A stretch of DNA of 64,000 nucleotides from positions 45,278 to 109,277 of the IMG/VR virus record IMGVR_UViG_3300037461_001787. One strand, written 5' to 3'. Numbering within the stretch: position 1 is the first letter of the stretch; each line of letters opens with the position of its first letter. The stretch is from a virus. The notes below the pieces were generated by a model. It was given only the letters and a program-made list of their open reading frames with translations, had not been told where the DNA came from and did no database searches. Shown here in pieces: positions 1-9,560 of this stretch. The position numbers and the translations under genes are program-made.

Positions 1-1
1 G

Positions 2-406
2 ATTGCACAGCTCCTCGCTTCTCAGAACGCTTTCGCGGCCAATTGTTTGAGCGCGGACAGAGTGGGCGATTGCGTTTACTCAAGTGCGCCACCAGCGAGT
101 GGCGTGGTGCAGGTGACGCGCTGCGACCCGTTCAACTACGCAACACTCCCGGCTATCGGGGTCATCGTTTCAAAATCGACATCGACCAATTGCGTGGTGC
201 AATACGGGGGCATTCTCACTGGTGTCTATGGTGGATTGGAGCGGCCATTGCCTGTGTTTCTGGCTTCTGATGGCGGACTCACGCACGCGGTTCCAACCGC
301 GGATGTTGGCCATCCGGTCTGGCTCCAGCACATGGGTTCCGCGGTGGGGGAGAGCGTGATCGCGTTGAACCCTTCTCCTGTGCTGACAAAGTTGGTTCGA
401 GATTGA
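2..406 (+). CDS. Virion decoration / capsid-cement-like (DUF2190-like) protein, 5' truncated by window edge
   Basis: Frame is open from position 2 (IAQLLASQNAF...). GDCVY...PAIGV...GGILTG...PVFLASDGGLT aligns by eye with the C-terminal domain of 978..2585. Confidence 0.5.
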   Translation: MAQLLASQNAFAANCLSADRVGDCVYSSAPPASGVVQVTRCDPFNYATLPAIGVIVSKSTSTNCVVQYGGILTGVYGGLERPLPVFLASDGGLTHAVPTADVGHPVWLQHMGSAVGESVIALNPSPVLTKLVRD

Positions 407-439
407 CGTTTGGACAATAACCCCATGCGGAGGTGACAA

Positions 440-865
440 ATGGACGATTTGCGGACTCCACTTCGCCGGCTGGAGCCAGAGGTATCTTTGGTCTTGGGCC
501 AGGACCCCCTCGGGGCCAAAGAAAGCCCAAAAACCGCGGAGCAGGAAAAGGACAGCGGTTTTCGGGAGCGAATCGAAGACCCGGTAGGTGTGCTGCGATT
601 GGCGCTTTTGCAGGAGCGGATGCTGCGCATTCAGGCGGAGAAGCAAACCCGGCCAGCTTGGTATGAGGCACGAATTGCGCAGGCAATTCGCCAATTGAAT
701 GAGGAGCGCAATCGAAAAATGGCGGAGCTGCAGCAGGAAGAGGCAGAATCTACTGCCGAAATGAAAATGATGCGTGAATTTCTAGCAGAAAAGCATGGGA
801 TTGACCTATCCTCGTACTCATATGACGACGCTACCGGGACTCTGCTTTTGCTTCCGCAGGACTAG
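440..865 (+). CDS. Hypothetical coiled-coil protein
   Basis: ATG preceded by GGAGGT; E/Q/R-rich helical sequence. Confidence 0.7.
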   Translation: MDDLRTPLRRLEPEVSLVLGQDPLGAKESPKTAEQEKDSGFRERIEDPVGVLRLALLQERMLRIQAEKQTRPAWYEARIAQAIRQLNEERNRKMAELQQEEAESTAEMKMMREFLAEKHGIDLSSYSYDDATGTLLLLPQD

Positions 866-977
866 GCATTTTCCATTTTCTGGAACCTGGGCAGCGCGTA
901 TTTACCTTTGAATTAAAAGAGTTTTGATATTGCTGAATGCTGCGCGCGCATCTCAACCCTTTGCAAAGGAGATTTGA

Positions 978-2585
978 ATGGCAATCAAGAAATTCCTTTT
1001 CATGGACGGCACTTACGGTTACCAACATGAGCAAGAATCGACGGACGGCCTCAAGCTCCCCAGTCTGGTTCTGGGCGCGGGTTCCGAATCCGCTGGCAAT
1101 ATCCAGATGTCGGGTACGGGAAAGGTAATTGGTCTGGCCAACGGTACCGATGCGGCCGATGCAATCAACAAGAGCCAGCTGGATGCGGCGATAGCGGGCT
1201 ATGAATGGCAGGCGCCAGTTTCGGTGCTGAAAATGAAGTCGGATGTCGCACGCACACCCACGGGAGCGATCATCGAAGGTTCGGGTGGAACTGGAATCGT
1301 CAATCTGACCACGGGCAATGCTTTCACCGTGGCCATCGACGGCGAAACCCCGGTGGTTGTCACTCTCGCCTCTGCTCCGGCTGATGTGGCAGCGGCAATC
1401 GCGGCCATCAATTCGCTCTATGCGGCGGGTGGCGGAACGGGTGGAACCATCGCGGTCGATGGCGGTGGCGGACAGATCGACATCAAGAGCAACACCACAG
1501 GCACGGGTTCGAGCGTGGCGCTCACCTCGGTGCACGCCAACTGGGCTGAGGTCGGCATCACTGCTGGTACCGACGCTGGCACCAACGATTTGCCCACCGC
1601 GGGTGCTGCGGGCGAGGCGTGGGTCGTCAATGGCTGGGGCACTGGCTACAACAACGGCGACATCGTGGAGTGGGACGGGAGCACCTGGAATGTGGTGCTG
1701 TCCAATTCTGGTGGGGAGCCCCCCAATGCTACCCGTGTAGCGGTCATCAGCGCCAGTGCGGCTGGCTCGTTTGCGGCTCATGAGAATACCATCGGGACGT
1801 ACAATGCGACGACCGACACTTGGTCTTTCTTGGCTGCGACGGACGGGGACGCGGTGCTGGTCTCGGGCGAGAACAGTGTTTACGAAAACATCGGTTTCGT
1901 ATACGACACTGGCTCAAGTTGGGTGGCTTTTACGGGTCCAGCCAGCATTCCGGATGCGACTGGTGCCTCCGGTGGTGGGATCAAAGGCAAGGCGACCTTT
2001 GACACTGACAAAGGGCTTGCGGTTGCTTCGGGCGTGGTTTCGGCCAAGCTCGCTGCAGCGGGTTCGGGTACTGGCGGTTTGGAATTCAACGGCTCGGGTG
2101 CGATGCAGCTGGATCTGGATGCCAGTGGAGCGCTGGATCTGAGCGCCAGTGGGCTCGCCGTGAAGGTGGATGGCTCGACCATCACGATCAATGGTTCCAA
2201 TCAGCTGACAGCCGCTGTGGCGGAGTCGGAGCGGACGGAAAAGGATTACGCTGTTGGTGAAGCCATTGCCAAGGGTGATCCGGTCTATTTCTCGGCGAAT
2301 GACACTGTGTCCAAGGCCGATGCGGGCAATGAGACGAAAGCACGCACGGTCGGTATTGCGCGCATCGCCATCCCCAGCGGCAGCGGGCCCGTGTGCTTCT
2401 CGGGTTTGGTCACGGGTGTGCTCACCACGGCTACGGTCAACACCCCTTACTACTTGGCTTCTGGCGGCGGCTTGACCGCCACTCGGCCGACGGGTAACGT
2501 CCGCATTATCCGCATTGGGTATGCGGCCAGCGCGTCCGATCTGTTGGTCCAGATTACCGACTTTGGCCGTGGTGTTGCTGCGTAA
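978..2585 (+). CDS. Gly/Ala/Thr-rich virion fibre/decoration protein (stalk motif, C-terminal cement-like domain)
   Basis: AAGGAG RBS; LANGTDAADAINKSQLD trimeric-stalk-like motif; GDIVEWDGSTW; C-terminal GEAIAKGDPVY...YYLASGGGLT domain. Confidence 0.65.
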   Translation: MAIKKFLFMDGTYGYQHEQESTDGLKLPSLVLGAGSESAGNIQMSGTGKVIGLANGTDAADAINKSQLDAAIAGYEWQAPVSVLKMKSDVARTPTGAIIEGSGGTGIVNLTTGNAFTVAIDGETPVVVTLASAPADVAAAIAAINSLYAAGGGTGGTIAVDGGGGQIDIKSNTTGTGSSVALTSVHANWAEVGITAGTDAGTNDLPTAGAAGEAWVVNGWGTGYNNGDIVEWDGSTWNVVLSNSGGEPPNATRVAVISASAAGSFAAHENTIGTYNATTDTWSFLAATDGDAVLVSGENSVYENIGFVYDTGSSWVAFTGPASIPDATGASGGGIKGKATFDTDKGLAVASGVVSAKLAAAGSGTGGLEFNGSGAMQLDLDASGALDLSASGLAVKVDGSTITINGSNQLTAAVAESERTEKDYAVGEAIAKGDPVYFSANDTVSKADAGNETKARTVGIARIAIPSGSGPVCFSGLVTGVLTTATVNTPYYLASGGGLTATRPTGNVRIIRIGYAASASDLLVQITDFGRGVAA

Positions 2586-2667
2586 GGGAGTTGACACCCC
2601 GGGCATTGGTTTTGGTGTTCTTTTCCGCTTCCTTGTCCATCTCCAGATAATCGAGTAAGTTGAGGGC

Positions 2668-3228
2668 ATGGCGAAAGATCGTGTGCACCCGCTCAAGCTC
2701 GAAGACTCCCCTAGTGGTGGCGTGGAGCTGGATCCGTATCCCACTGGCTTGGATCCCAATGAGGATTATGTCGATGTGCACGGTATCACTTTCCAGGACG
2801 CGACTTCTAATGACGAGGACGTTTCGATTGAGCGCGATGATTCTGGAAATTTGGTTTTGACTGACAAGATTTCTGGAATCTGGAAACTCTCCGATTTGAG
2901 CGGCGGGGGGCTCACGGAGATAACGCACCCAGCAGTTCGGCAGCTCATTCATTTCGTTGACAATGGTCCGGCAGAGGGCTTTGCGTCTGGAGCTTACCGC
3001 GAGATCACAGGGACGGTGTTTCCGACGGCGGTAATTTGGTATGACCAGGCTGGCGTGGGGAAGAAAAAGATTGTTGAGAAGCTGATCACCTGGACGGGCG
3101 CAACGCCGACAACCATTGTCTGGAAGGTTTACGATGCTGCGGAAGTTTTGATCGCAACGTTGACCGATACGATTACGTATTCAGGGATGTTCGAGACTTC
3201 GCGGGCTCGGACAATTACGGTGGCCTAG
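2668..3228 (+). CDS. Hypothetical virion structural protein
   Basis: Clean ORF in late operon, coupled to next gene (TAG-ATG adjacent). Confidence 0.65.
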   Translation: MAKDRVHPLKLEDSPSGGVELDPYPTGLDPNEDYVDVHGITFQDATSNDEDVSIERDDSGNLVLTDKISGIWKLSDLSGGGLTEITHPAVRQLIHFVDNGPAEGFASGAYREITGTVFPTAVIWYDQAGVGKKKIVEKLITWTGATPTTIVWKVYDAAEVLIATLTDTITYSGMFETSRARTITVA

Positions 3229-4428
3229 ATGGGCGAGGGACCAAGCGCAGTTCTTGTCGATCCGGTATCGGGCACCACGTTGGCTGTTGCGACCGATGGT
3301 TCCGACAAAAAGTTGGACATCACGACCAAGGTTCGTGATTCGGACGGAGCCGTCATTGACCCGGCAACTGAAGATGGCAATTTGGCGACGCTCGCTGCAG
3401 TGGATTTCGCGACGGAGGCAACGCTTGCCGCGATCAAGGATACCGATGGGGTAAAGAAGATCACTGATCCATTGCCCGCAGGAGACAACAACATTGGGAA
3501 TGTCGATCTGGCATCTGCCATTCCGTCTGGGACGAATGAGATCGGAAAAGCTGCGCAGGGTACTCGCGCTGCGGCAGCGGCCGGGTGGCCGGTTTACGTG
3601 GTTGATGACGTGGGTAACAAAGTTGGTGTTGTGCTAGATGGTGCGATCTACCGATTGCAGACCGATACCAAGCTTGTCACCGGGACTGCGGAAATTGGAA
3701 AAGTGGCCCAAGGGACGCGGGCCGCTGCGGCCGCAGGGTGGCCGGTTTATGCTGTGGATGCCAGTGGAAATGCGGTTGGGGTCATACTCGACGGCGCGGT
3801 TTATCGTTTTGCGACCGACGCGAAGATCAGCAAGGGCGATTCGACTTTGGTGCATCTGGACGCGATCGATACGGCCTCTGGAAGAGGGCGGCTAAAAACA
3901 ACGCTGTACACGCAAGATGGGATTCCAGTTTCGTTTGGATCCACTCCCCCCAATCCTGAATCGATCAAGAATGCCTTCATCAAAAATGGGACGAATGATT
4001 CACTGCTGGTCAATGGCAGTGTCACGCCCGTTGTTTTCTCATACAATGCGGATGCGACCCGTGACATTTCGATCCAAGAGTTGAAGTTCGTCATGGGGGC
4101 AAATGGAATTACGTTTGGCACTGATAAATTCGGGGTTATTAATGCATTGACCAATGGGTTGCTTATCGAGTTGGTCTCAGACGGCAACACAGGAACGGTG
4201 GCGGTACTCAACATCAATGAATGCTTTGTGCATCTAGCGTCCCCTGGTGGATTTATTTGGGTGGTGTCGTCCAAGGATATGATGGCATCTGCGTACACCA
4301 TCGGGGGTAGTCTGCGACTCAAAGCAGGCACCAATGACATGGTAAAAGTGACGGTGCGTGACAATCTATCTTCCGCAGCAACGTATTTCAAATGCTGCGT
4401 GAAGGGTAACCTTCTGGAAAGCACATGA
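3229..4428 (+). CDS. Hypothetical virion structural protein with internal 51-aa duplication
   Basis: 399-aa ORF; two copies of EIGKxAQGTRAAAAAGWPVY...LDGAxYR. Confidence 0.7.
   Translation: MGEGPSAVLVDPVSGTTLAVATDGSDKKLDITTKVRDSDGAVIDPATEDGNLATLAAVDFATEATLAAIKDTDGVKKITDPLPAGDNNIGNVDLASAIPSGTNEIGKAAQGTRAAAAAGWPVYVVDDVGNKVGVVLDGAIYRLQTDTKLVTGTAEIGKVAQGTRAAAAAGWPVYAVDASGNAVGVILDGAVYRFATDAKISKGDSTLVHLDAIDTASGRGRLKTTLYTQDGIPVSFGSTPPNPESIKNAFIKNGTNDSLLVNGSVTPVVFSYNADATRDISIQELKFVMGANGITFGTDKFGVINALTNGLLIELVSDGNTGTVAVLNINECFVHLASPGGFIWVVSSKDMMASAYTIGGSLRLKAGTNDMVKVTVRDNLSSAATYFKCCVKGNLLEST
3529..3829 (+). repeat. 153-bp (51-codon) imperfect intragenic tandem duplication
   Basis: Copies start at 3529 and 3682. 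Confidence 0.85.
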
Positions 4429-4435
4429 GGGTGCA

Positions 4436-5281
4436 ATGAGCCCTGTAGCGATTTCAAGTGAGACGCCGATCCCGATCGTTGGCGATGTGCATCAGATGCC
4501 GTTAGACGGCCGACGCCACGATTGTTACACTTCTGACTTTTGCAAGAAGGAAACGTGGTGGCAAGACAGCTCGCGGGTGACGAATGAGACGCTGGCTGAT
4601 TCCGGCGATCACACCACTTATACTCCAGCAACAAGCCGTTACTGGGTAGACGTGATGCACGGCAAGCTTTTCCGTGAACGGGATTTGCGCGAGGATTATG
4701 CTCCAGTCATCAAGGTCAATGGAGACGCCAAAACTGAAAACCCTGCAGGGCGCACCACGGGCGATTATTCGATTGATTACACAACGGGAGCGGTGACTTT
4801 CAATGTGGCTCTTCAGGCGAACGATGTGGTCACTGCTAGCTATTCTTACGTGCGCACTTCACTGTTCAAGGCCCAGGTCCCCAGTGGTTATACCTGGACT
4901 TCGAACACGGTCAAGGTAATGTACGCCAAGAACGTTGGAATGCGGGACAGCGTGTTTTTCCAGCTTTGGGGTGATGTTGGGTACGGGATGATGCCGCTTT
5001 CTGATCCGGAAATCTACCAGACATTGGATGATCTGAAAAAGGACGCCTCGCGCATAGAATGGGAAGACGCTATTGAGAGCGGAGGCGGGGGCAGTTACGA
5101 TGGCTGGCGAATGCCGGCCCAGCCGCGGGTTTTTCTGTACTATGATTATACCGCGCGCGCAGCTAATGCCCTCCACAGTTGTTATTCGATGGAGATTCGT
5201 TGCTGGTTGGAAAATGACATTCCCTTTGTGGGCGAAATGGGAGTGGCCTCTTTCTTTGGTCGTAAGGACGAAGAGTCATGA
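4436..5281 (+). CDS. Virion structural protein with DYxIDYxTGxVTF beta-domain
   Basis: GDYSIDYTTGAVTFNVALQANDVVTASYSY is a motif common in baseplate and sheath-associated proteins. Confidence 0.6.
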   Translation: MSPVAISSETPIPIVGDVHQMPLDGRRHDCYTSDFCKKETWWQDSSRVTNETLADSGDHTTYTPATSRYWVDVMHGKLFRERDLREDYAPVIKVNGDAKTENPAGRTTGDYSIDYTTGAVTFNVALQANDVVTASYSYVRTSLFKAQVPSGYTWTSNTVKVMYAKNVGMRDSVFFQLWGDVGYGMMPLSDPEIYQTLDDLKKDASRIEWEDAIESGGGGSYDGWRMPAQPRVFLYYDYTARAANALHSCYSMEIRCWLENDIPFVGEMGVASFFGRKDEES

Positions 5282-5490
5282 GCGAAAACAAGCGTGAAAA
5301 GATGCGGGCCATCAAGCAGGAAATGGATCATTTGATCAAAAATAGTCCAGTTGCTGTGACTGCGGTGCTTTCTACGGCTGCTATGCGTGAATGCTTGCGC
5401 TTGAATTGGGCGCAGCAGGATGGGGCTGCCAATTTTGTGCCAACGGAATTGGGCAAGGCAATGATGGGGCGAAAGGAAGATGGATCGTGA
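5278..5490 (+). CDS. Hypothetical protein
   Basis: ATGA and GTGA 4-bp overlaps with both neighbours. Confidence 0.6.
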   Translation: MSENKREKMRAIKQEMDHLIKNSPVAVTAVLSTAAMRECLRLNWAQQDGAANFVPTELGKAMMGRKEDGS

Positions 5491-5990
5491 GCAAGGTCTG
5501 GATCGTATTTGAGCGCGATAGAGGATTTTCTGCTTGGCTGATTCGAGCGGTCATGGGGTTCGAGTATAACCATTGCGCCATCCTCTATGAGTCAGATGAT
5601 TGGGAGAGTCTATGGGTCGCAGAAGCCACCACGCGCGGGGTGCGCGCGGTGCCGCAAAAGAAGCGGATTTGGCGCCAACGATTCCGAGTTGAAGACCCGA
5701 AAATCTGGGAAGCAATGCGGGCTGAGGCTATTCATTTTGGCGAAAAATACGATTACGTGGGATTGGTCGTGTTTGGGTTGCTCATTCTTTTCTGGAAAAT
5801 GTGCAAGAAGAAATTACGCCATCCATTGCGATCTTTTTCTGGCCTGTTTTGCTCGGAATACTTGGCCATGGTCTTGAAGCAGTTGGGATGCGCTGTTGAG
5901 GATCCGCAGTATGCGGATGTTCGCGCCATCTGGAATTTGTGCGTTCAGAATCCGACACAATTTGTCGAAGAGCCGATAACGATCACCTGA
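5487..5990 (+). CDS. Permuted papain-like NlpC/P60 amidase (YiiX/YaeF, C92-like)
   Basis: His before Cys: YNHCAI...AEAT..GVR...GEKYDY...LFCSEY. GTG start at 5487 overlaps the upstream stop and follows AAGGA. Confidence 0.75.
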   Translation: MSKVWIVFERDRGFSAWLIRAVMGFEYNHCAILYESDDWESLWVAEATTRGVRAVPQKKRIWRQRFRVEDPKIWEAMRAEAIHFGEKYDYVGLVVFGLLILFWKMCKKKLRHPLRSFSGLFCSEYLAMVLKQLGCAVEDPQYADVRAIWNLCVQNPTQFVEEPITIT

Positions 5991-6003
5991 ATAGGAGGTA
6001 GCT

Positions 6004-6408
6004 TTGCGGGTACTCATCGCCGACCATGACGTTGAGGCCAAGCAGCGTTACCGCGCATATTTGGAGCAGCATCATTTCGAAATTCTGGAAGCTGGAACGG
6101 TCGAAGGCGCCTTGGAGCATCTGGTCAATTTTCAGGTGGATTTGTTGCTGGTGGATTTGGGACTGGCGCGAGAAAATCAATGGCAGTTGATCGATTATAT
6201 TCGCAAGGATCTACATCATGGGCCGATCGATTTGCCGATCATTATTCTGAGCAAGATAGAAGGTGTGGATTTGCAGCTCGACTACATGCGCCATGGGGTC
6301 AATGACTGGCTAGGCGAACCGATCCAGCCCCTGGCTCGCCTGCTCGCGCGCATCTGGATTCTACTGGGGGAGAAAGGGAAAGCCGATGCAGCAATCGATC
6401 AGCCTTGA
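6004..6408 (+). CDS. Stand-alone CheY-like response-regulator receiver domain (degenerate)
   Basis: RVLIADHD...EALE...DLLLVDLGL...PIIILS...GVNDWLGEP pattern; AGGAGGT RBS before TTG. Confidence 0.8.
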   Translation: MRVLIADHDVEAKQRYRAYLEQHHFEILEAGTVEGALEHLVNFQVDLLLVDLGLARENQWQLIDYIRKDLHHGPIDLPIIILSKIEGVDLQLDYMRHGVNDWLGEPIQPLARLLARIWILLGEKGKADAAIDQP

Positions 6409-6850
6409 GGTGGTGTTGGCGATTGCGGGCGGCGTAGTTACGCTGATTTCTTCTATCGTGGGATTTTTGATGCGCTCGCTCCTCCAGACCCATCGAGAAA
6501 AAACCGAGCAGAAGTACATGGAGCTTGGCAACGTGATTTCTGGCCTCATCATTCAGCGCAAAGAATGTGAAGAACGTGAATTGCGGGCGGTTTCGCGACT
6601 GGATGAGACCATGGAGAAATTGCGGGATCGATGGGAGCAATTTGTGCGCGAAGATACAGCCATGGAATCAACGCGGGGGCGTAAAGTGGATGCGCTTTTC
6701 AACGTTGTCGATCACATTCGCGAAGAGATGCGTCAGTTGCGACCGGCATTGCTGCAGCGCTTGGAAGATCTGCACACCCGCAGCAAACTGGATCTGCGCC
6801 AGGAGCTACGCGACTATGTGCGAGAATTGTGCGAAAAAAACGATGCTTGA
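6386..6850 (+). CDS. Membrane protein: N-terminal TM helix plus coiled coil
   Basis: VVLAIAGGVVTLISSIVGFLM hydrophobic segment followed by charged heptads. Confidence 0.7.
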   Translation: MQQSISLEVVLAIAGGVVTLISSIVGFLMRSLLQTHREKTEQKYMELGNVISGLIIQRKECEERELRAVSRLDETMEKLRDRWEQFVREDTAMESTRGRKVDALFNVVDHIREEMRQLRPALLQRLEDLHTRSKLDLRQELRDYVRELCEKNDA

Positions 6851-7037
6851 CGCGGAGATCGAGACATCGCGGTATAGTCCGCTGCGATTTCATGCCGAGA
6901 CCTTTCGGCACATGGATGATTTGCATGGGCAGTTAGAAGATCTGCTAGGAGAGTTACAACGGCTACGCAGCAATGACGAAGGATTGGATCTAATTTGGTA
7001 CGCTAAAACCATAGTGGACAATTCGAAATGGCACTAG
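6843..7037 (+). CDS. Small hypothetical protein
   Basis: ATG at 6843 overlaps the upstream stop (MLDAEIETSRY...). Confidence 0.5.
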   Translation: MLDAEIETSRYSPLRFHAETFRHMDDLHGQLEDLLGELQRLRSNDEGLDLIWYAKTIVDNSKWH

Positions 7038-7273
7038 TGATCACTCGCCGCACGGTTTACTGCCCACTCACCCCAGCCCCAGATGGGGTCACTCAGATTT
7101 TCTGGACAAGCGTGGAGTATATTTCTGGAACGGTATCGGTCTGGCGAAATGGGGTGCGTTTGGTAGCCAGCTGGGATACCGGATATGAGGAGCTGGGAAA
7201 TCGCCAAGTGCGTTTCCGCGAGGCGCCTTTGATTGGGGATAGCTTGACTGCGAAGTTCGAGAGGAAACCATGA
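7028..7273 (+). CDS. Small virion protein (DGxxxxF...V.V..NG beta-module)
   Basis: PAPDGVTQIF...TVSVWRNGVRL...APLIGDSL; paralogous to next ORF. Confidence 0.6.
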   Translation: MALVITRRTVYCPLTPAPDGVTQIFWTSVEYISGTVSVWRNGVRLVASWDTGYEELGNRQVRFREAPLIGDSLTAKFERKP

Positions 7274-7710
7274 TCACGCTCAAGGAGACTGCCGGCGATA
7301 CGCTGCTTGGGGCAGTCGATGGGGTCAACACGGAGTTTTACGTTTCTTTCGATTTTACTCCAGAAACGGTGCAGGTGTTCCTGAACGGGCGGCTGAAGAT
7401 TCGCGATTGGGACGATGGATTTTTGGTGCAGGGTGCGCGCAAGGTGGTGATGAAGGAGCCCCCTCTCGCGGGAGATTCTCTGGAAATCGAGTACGCATCT
7501 ACTGTGCGCACTGGAGGCGGCGCCGATGGGGGTTGCCCGAGCGCCCCGGAGGCCACTATCATGCAACCAGACACCCTCACGGGCGAGGACACCCCGGGGA
7601 TGGGCAGTGCGGAATTAGGTTCCATTTTGGCTGCCCAGTCCGAATCAGTGCCGGTGTTGGTGAATCTGTCGGAGCGACCGAGCTTGTTTGTCTCGGCGGT
7701 GGAGGATTAG
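7270..7710 (+). CDS. Small virion protein, paralog of 7028..7273
   Basis: GAVDGVNTEF...TVQVFLNGRL...PPLAGDSL. Confidence 0.6.
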   Translation: MITLKETAGDTLLGAVDGVNTEFYVSFDFTPETVQVFLNGRLKIRDWDDGFLVQGARKVVMKEPPLAGDSLEIEYASTVRTGGGADGGCPSAPEATIMQPDTLTGEDTPGMGSAELGSILAAQSESVPVLVNLSERPSLFVSAVED

Positions 7711-8739
7711 ATGGCGGTCATCACGCTAAAGATAGTCGTCGCAAATCTGGAAACAGTGCAGCGGACGTTCAACCAGATCAAAATCTATCGCTCCATCACT
7801 GGCATCGAGGGGGTTTACTCTGAGATCACGGGTCCCAGTTCGCGCATCGCGCTGGAGACGGGGAAGATGGTCTACGAGTATACCGATCAAGCTGGGGCTG
7901 CGGGCTATTACTACAAGTCGAGTTATTTTCATTCGGTCTCACTGCTGGAATCTTCGCTGTCTGCGGCGCAGCAGGGCGAAGGGGATTTCGCGCTGGACAT
8001 CGTATCGGTCGCGGAGCTGAAAACCAACTACCTCTATGGGCTCGATCTGACCGATGACCAGGGCAATGAAATGCCTGATTTGCTCTTCGAATGGTTCATA
8101 AAAAGCGCAGTGAGTTGGATGGAGCATAGGCTGCAAATTCCACTTCGCCCCAAACCAGTGACATCCGAATTACACGATTACTATGTGGAAGATTTTCGGC
8201 AGTATATTTGGATCAAAACTAAGGATTACCCAATCCTCGATGTCGATGAATTGCGCATCGTCATTCCTGGGGTTGGAGGGACTGTTTTGCAACAATTTGG
8301 GCGAGAAAATTTGCATGTCGAAAAAGAGGCGGGGCACGTTCAAGTGGTCCCAGGAACTACGGGAGCTGGGATGGTAATGATGGGCTCGGGAGTGCCTTGG
8401 GTACCCAATATGTTCGGGTCCCGCCGTTTTATTCCCGGAGCTTTTCAGATCGATTACACTGCAGGTTTTGAGAGTGGCGAGATCCCAATGGTTCTAAGAG
8501 ATGCCATCGCCAAACAAGCTAGTTTTGGGCCATTAAATCCGCTGGGAGATTTGCTTGGCGGCGCAGGTATTGCGTCGCAGAATCTTTCGATTGATGGGCT
8601 TTCTCAAGGGTATACTACAACTTCATCTGCGACCATGGCTGGCTATGGCGCACGGCTTTTCCAGTATGAGAAAGAATTGAAGGCTGTCATTCCTACGTTG
8701 GAGAAATGGTACAAGGGATTGCGCATGGTGGTGGCATGA
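7711..8739 (+). CDS. Head-tail adaptor / neck protein (SPO1/Twort-like)
   Basis: C-terminal GAGIASQNLSIDGLSQGYTTTSSATMAGYGAR resembles the conserved motif of SPO1/Twort-like neck proteins; position upstream of sheath. Confidence 0.7.
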   Translation: MAVITLKIVVANLETVQRTFNQIKIYRSITGIEGVYSEITGPSSRIALETGKMVYEYTDQAGAAGYYYKSSYFHSVSLLESSLSAAQQGEGDFALDIVSVAELKTNYLYGLDLTDDQGNEMPDLLFEWFIKSAVSWMEHRLQIPLRPKPVTSELHDYYVEDFRQYIWIKTKDYPILDVDELRIVIPGVGGTVLQQFGRENLHVEKEAGHVQVVPGTTGAGMVMMGSGVPWVPNMFGSRRFIPGAFQIDYTAGFESGEIPMVLRDAIAKQASFGPLNPLGDLLGGAGIASQNLSIDGLSQGYTTTSSATMAGYGARLFQYEKELKAVIPTLEKWYKGLRMVVA

Positions 8740-9560
8740 CCATCCGGCCGACCAGACCAGTCTTTCCAGTTTCTGGAATTCCGTCGGGAATGAAAGAGAC
8801 GATGAGCCGGGCGGATTTTTTGACCGACTCTTTCGCTTTTTTGGTCGAGACCAAAGGGTATTTGCTGTCCTGGGAGCGGGCGAGTATTTGCCCCTGTCGG
8901 CCGGTGGTTCCTACCACGGAACAGCCGGATCCCAATTGCGCACTTTGTAAAGGAGCGGGCTGGCTTTATTTCGGGCTGGAGACGCCTATCACCGATTTTT
9001 CTGACATTGGTGATCTGGACGAAGTGCAGCAGAAGATCGTGCAGCAGAATAACGCCATGGTCATCCGCGGGGTGATTACCAGCATCCAAAACGACTACAA
9101 TCCTTGGGATCGTTTTGGCAACTGGATGTCTGGATCGATGATGCTGACCGTGCGGCATGAAAACAAGATCGGCTATTACGATCGATTGACCATTCTGGAT
9201 AGTTCGATTGTCTACGTAGAAGTTCGCGACGCTACCGGCGACAACACTCTCCCGCTACGCTATTTGGCGACGGGGGTGAACTACCTGCGTAGTTTTGATC
9301 GGGTGTACAAAGCGGATGTGGATTTTGACATCGTGGAAGGGCACATCCGATTTTACGAGGGCAAGGCGCCATCGAGTGGAGAGCGGTTGTCGATCCATTA
9401 TATTTGCCATCCGACGGTATTGGTGGTGGAGCACCCGCATGTGATTCGCCAGACCACAATCCAGAAAAAAGTTCAGAAACCGAAAACTGTGCGAGGGGAC
9501 CCAGCGGGGATGCCGATTCAAGCCATGGTGCGCTATGATTTCATCCCGGAGCCGTCATGA
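8736..9560 (+). CDS. Head-closure / neck protein with CPC...CxxC zinc motif
   Basis: WERASICPC...PDPNCALCKGAGWLY; ATG 8736 overlaps previous stop. Confidence 0.7.
   Translation: MTIRPTRPVFPVSGIPSGMKETMSRADFLTDSFAFLVETKGYLLSWERASICPCRPVVPTTEQPDPNCALCKGAGWLYFGLETPITDFSDIGDLDEVQQKIVQQNNAMVIRGVITSIQNDYNPWDRFGNWMSGSMMLTVRHENKIGYYDRLTILDSSIVYVEVRDATGDNTLPLRYLATGVNYLRSFDRVYKADVDFDIVEGHIRFYEGKAPSSGERLSIHYICHPTVLVVEHPHVIRQTTIQKKVQKPKTVRGDPAGMPIQAMVRYDFIPEPS

Noticed and set aside
2586-2667. TTGACA at 2591 as a promoter
   Set aside because: No acceptable -10 element at 16-18 bp spacing.
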